Of a stretch of DNA of 64,000 bases, positions 63,287 through 64,000 are shown piece by piece. Numbering within the stretch: position 1 is the stretch's first letter; every line of letters starts with the position of its first letter. Both the position numbers and the translations under genes were made by a program. Under the pieces are notes generated by a model, which had not been told where the DNA came from, did no database searches, and saw only the letters and a program-made list of their open reading frames with translations. Source of the stretch: Octopus sinensis (Eukaryota); NCBI RefSeq assembly GCF_006345805.1, contig NC_043007.1:24986001-25050000 (forward strand), read 5' to 3'.

Positions 63287-63290
<4 letters not shown>
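62968..63290. repeat. Two tandem copies (178-bp period) of a hairpin-plus-tail unit inside (TA)n
   Basis: TATTAAATTAGAGACAAAACCACTAT / 8-nt loop / its reverse complement at 62968-63027 and 63146-63205, each followed by the same ~85-bp tail and TA repeats. Confidence 0.85.
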
Positions 63291-63318
<28 letters not shown>

Positions 63319-64000
63319 ATAATCTTTATGATCTTTGCTTGTTTTTCAAGCAATCTTTTATTTCACATCTCCAAAAGTGCAAAGCCAGCAGACCAGCAGA
63401 CAATATGTTGGCAGCACAAACAACACTGCTCGTAGTTCATGGCTTTTATAGAGCAGAAATGTACTCACACACAAACACACACACACATATATATATGTTA
63501 CAAACTTCGTTCAGTCACCATCAAATAAAATTCATTGACAAAACTTTGATCAGCAAAGGTCTGTAGAAGACACTTGCCTCAGGGCTGCATAGTGGAACTG
63601 AAACCAGAACCATGTGGTTTGGAAGTGAACTTCTTAACCCCAAAAACCATGCCTGTATCTACATATACCCTTTTCTGCACCTACTATATACATAAATAAA
63701 TAAATAAATATATATATATACATATTTTTATTATGTATGTATGTATGTATGTATATATGTACACACATATATATATATATCATCATCATCATCATCATCA
63801 TTTAACGTCTGCTTTCCATGCTAGCATGGGTTGGATGGTTCAACTGATGGAGCCCGAAGGCTGCACCAGGCCAGTCAGATCTGGCAGTGTTTCTACAGCT
63901 GGATGCCCTTCCTAACGCCAACCACTCCGAAATATATAGGTGTATATATATATATGTGTGTGTGTATATATATGTATATATATATCTATCTATATATATA

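Overview
AT-rich, microsatellite-dense eukaryotic DNA. The SINE and repeat content looks like a cephalopod (octopus-type) genome; this is inferred from repeat style, not proven. One protein-coding gene crosses the window on the minus strand: 12 internal coding exons (62520 down to 6860; 1,826 nt, about 608 codons) of an axonemal inner-arm dynein heavy chain most like DNAH12. All splice sites are GT-AG and the phases join into one open frame; both gene ends lie outside the window. The introns hold many transposon types: several SINE families, RTE, R4/Dong and Penelope retroelement pieces, a solo LTR, a Helitron fragment, mariner, rosa/DD41D, Tc2-type, piggyBac, Merlin-type and Ginger-type DNA elements, plus minisatellites and fold-backs. 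The most striking signal is three unrelated palindromic elements, each embedded in (TA)n tracts (29293-30555, 52593-52830, 62968-63290). Two of them contain type I hammerhead ribozyme folds with palindromic stem III, which points to Penelope-type pLTR or retrozyme insertions that carry their own antisense copy. Most long ORFs in the supplied track are repeat artefacts. Coordinates were counted by hand; repeat boundaries are approximate unless a TSD or TIR is quoted.
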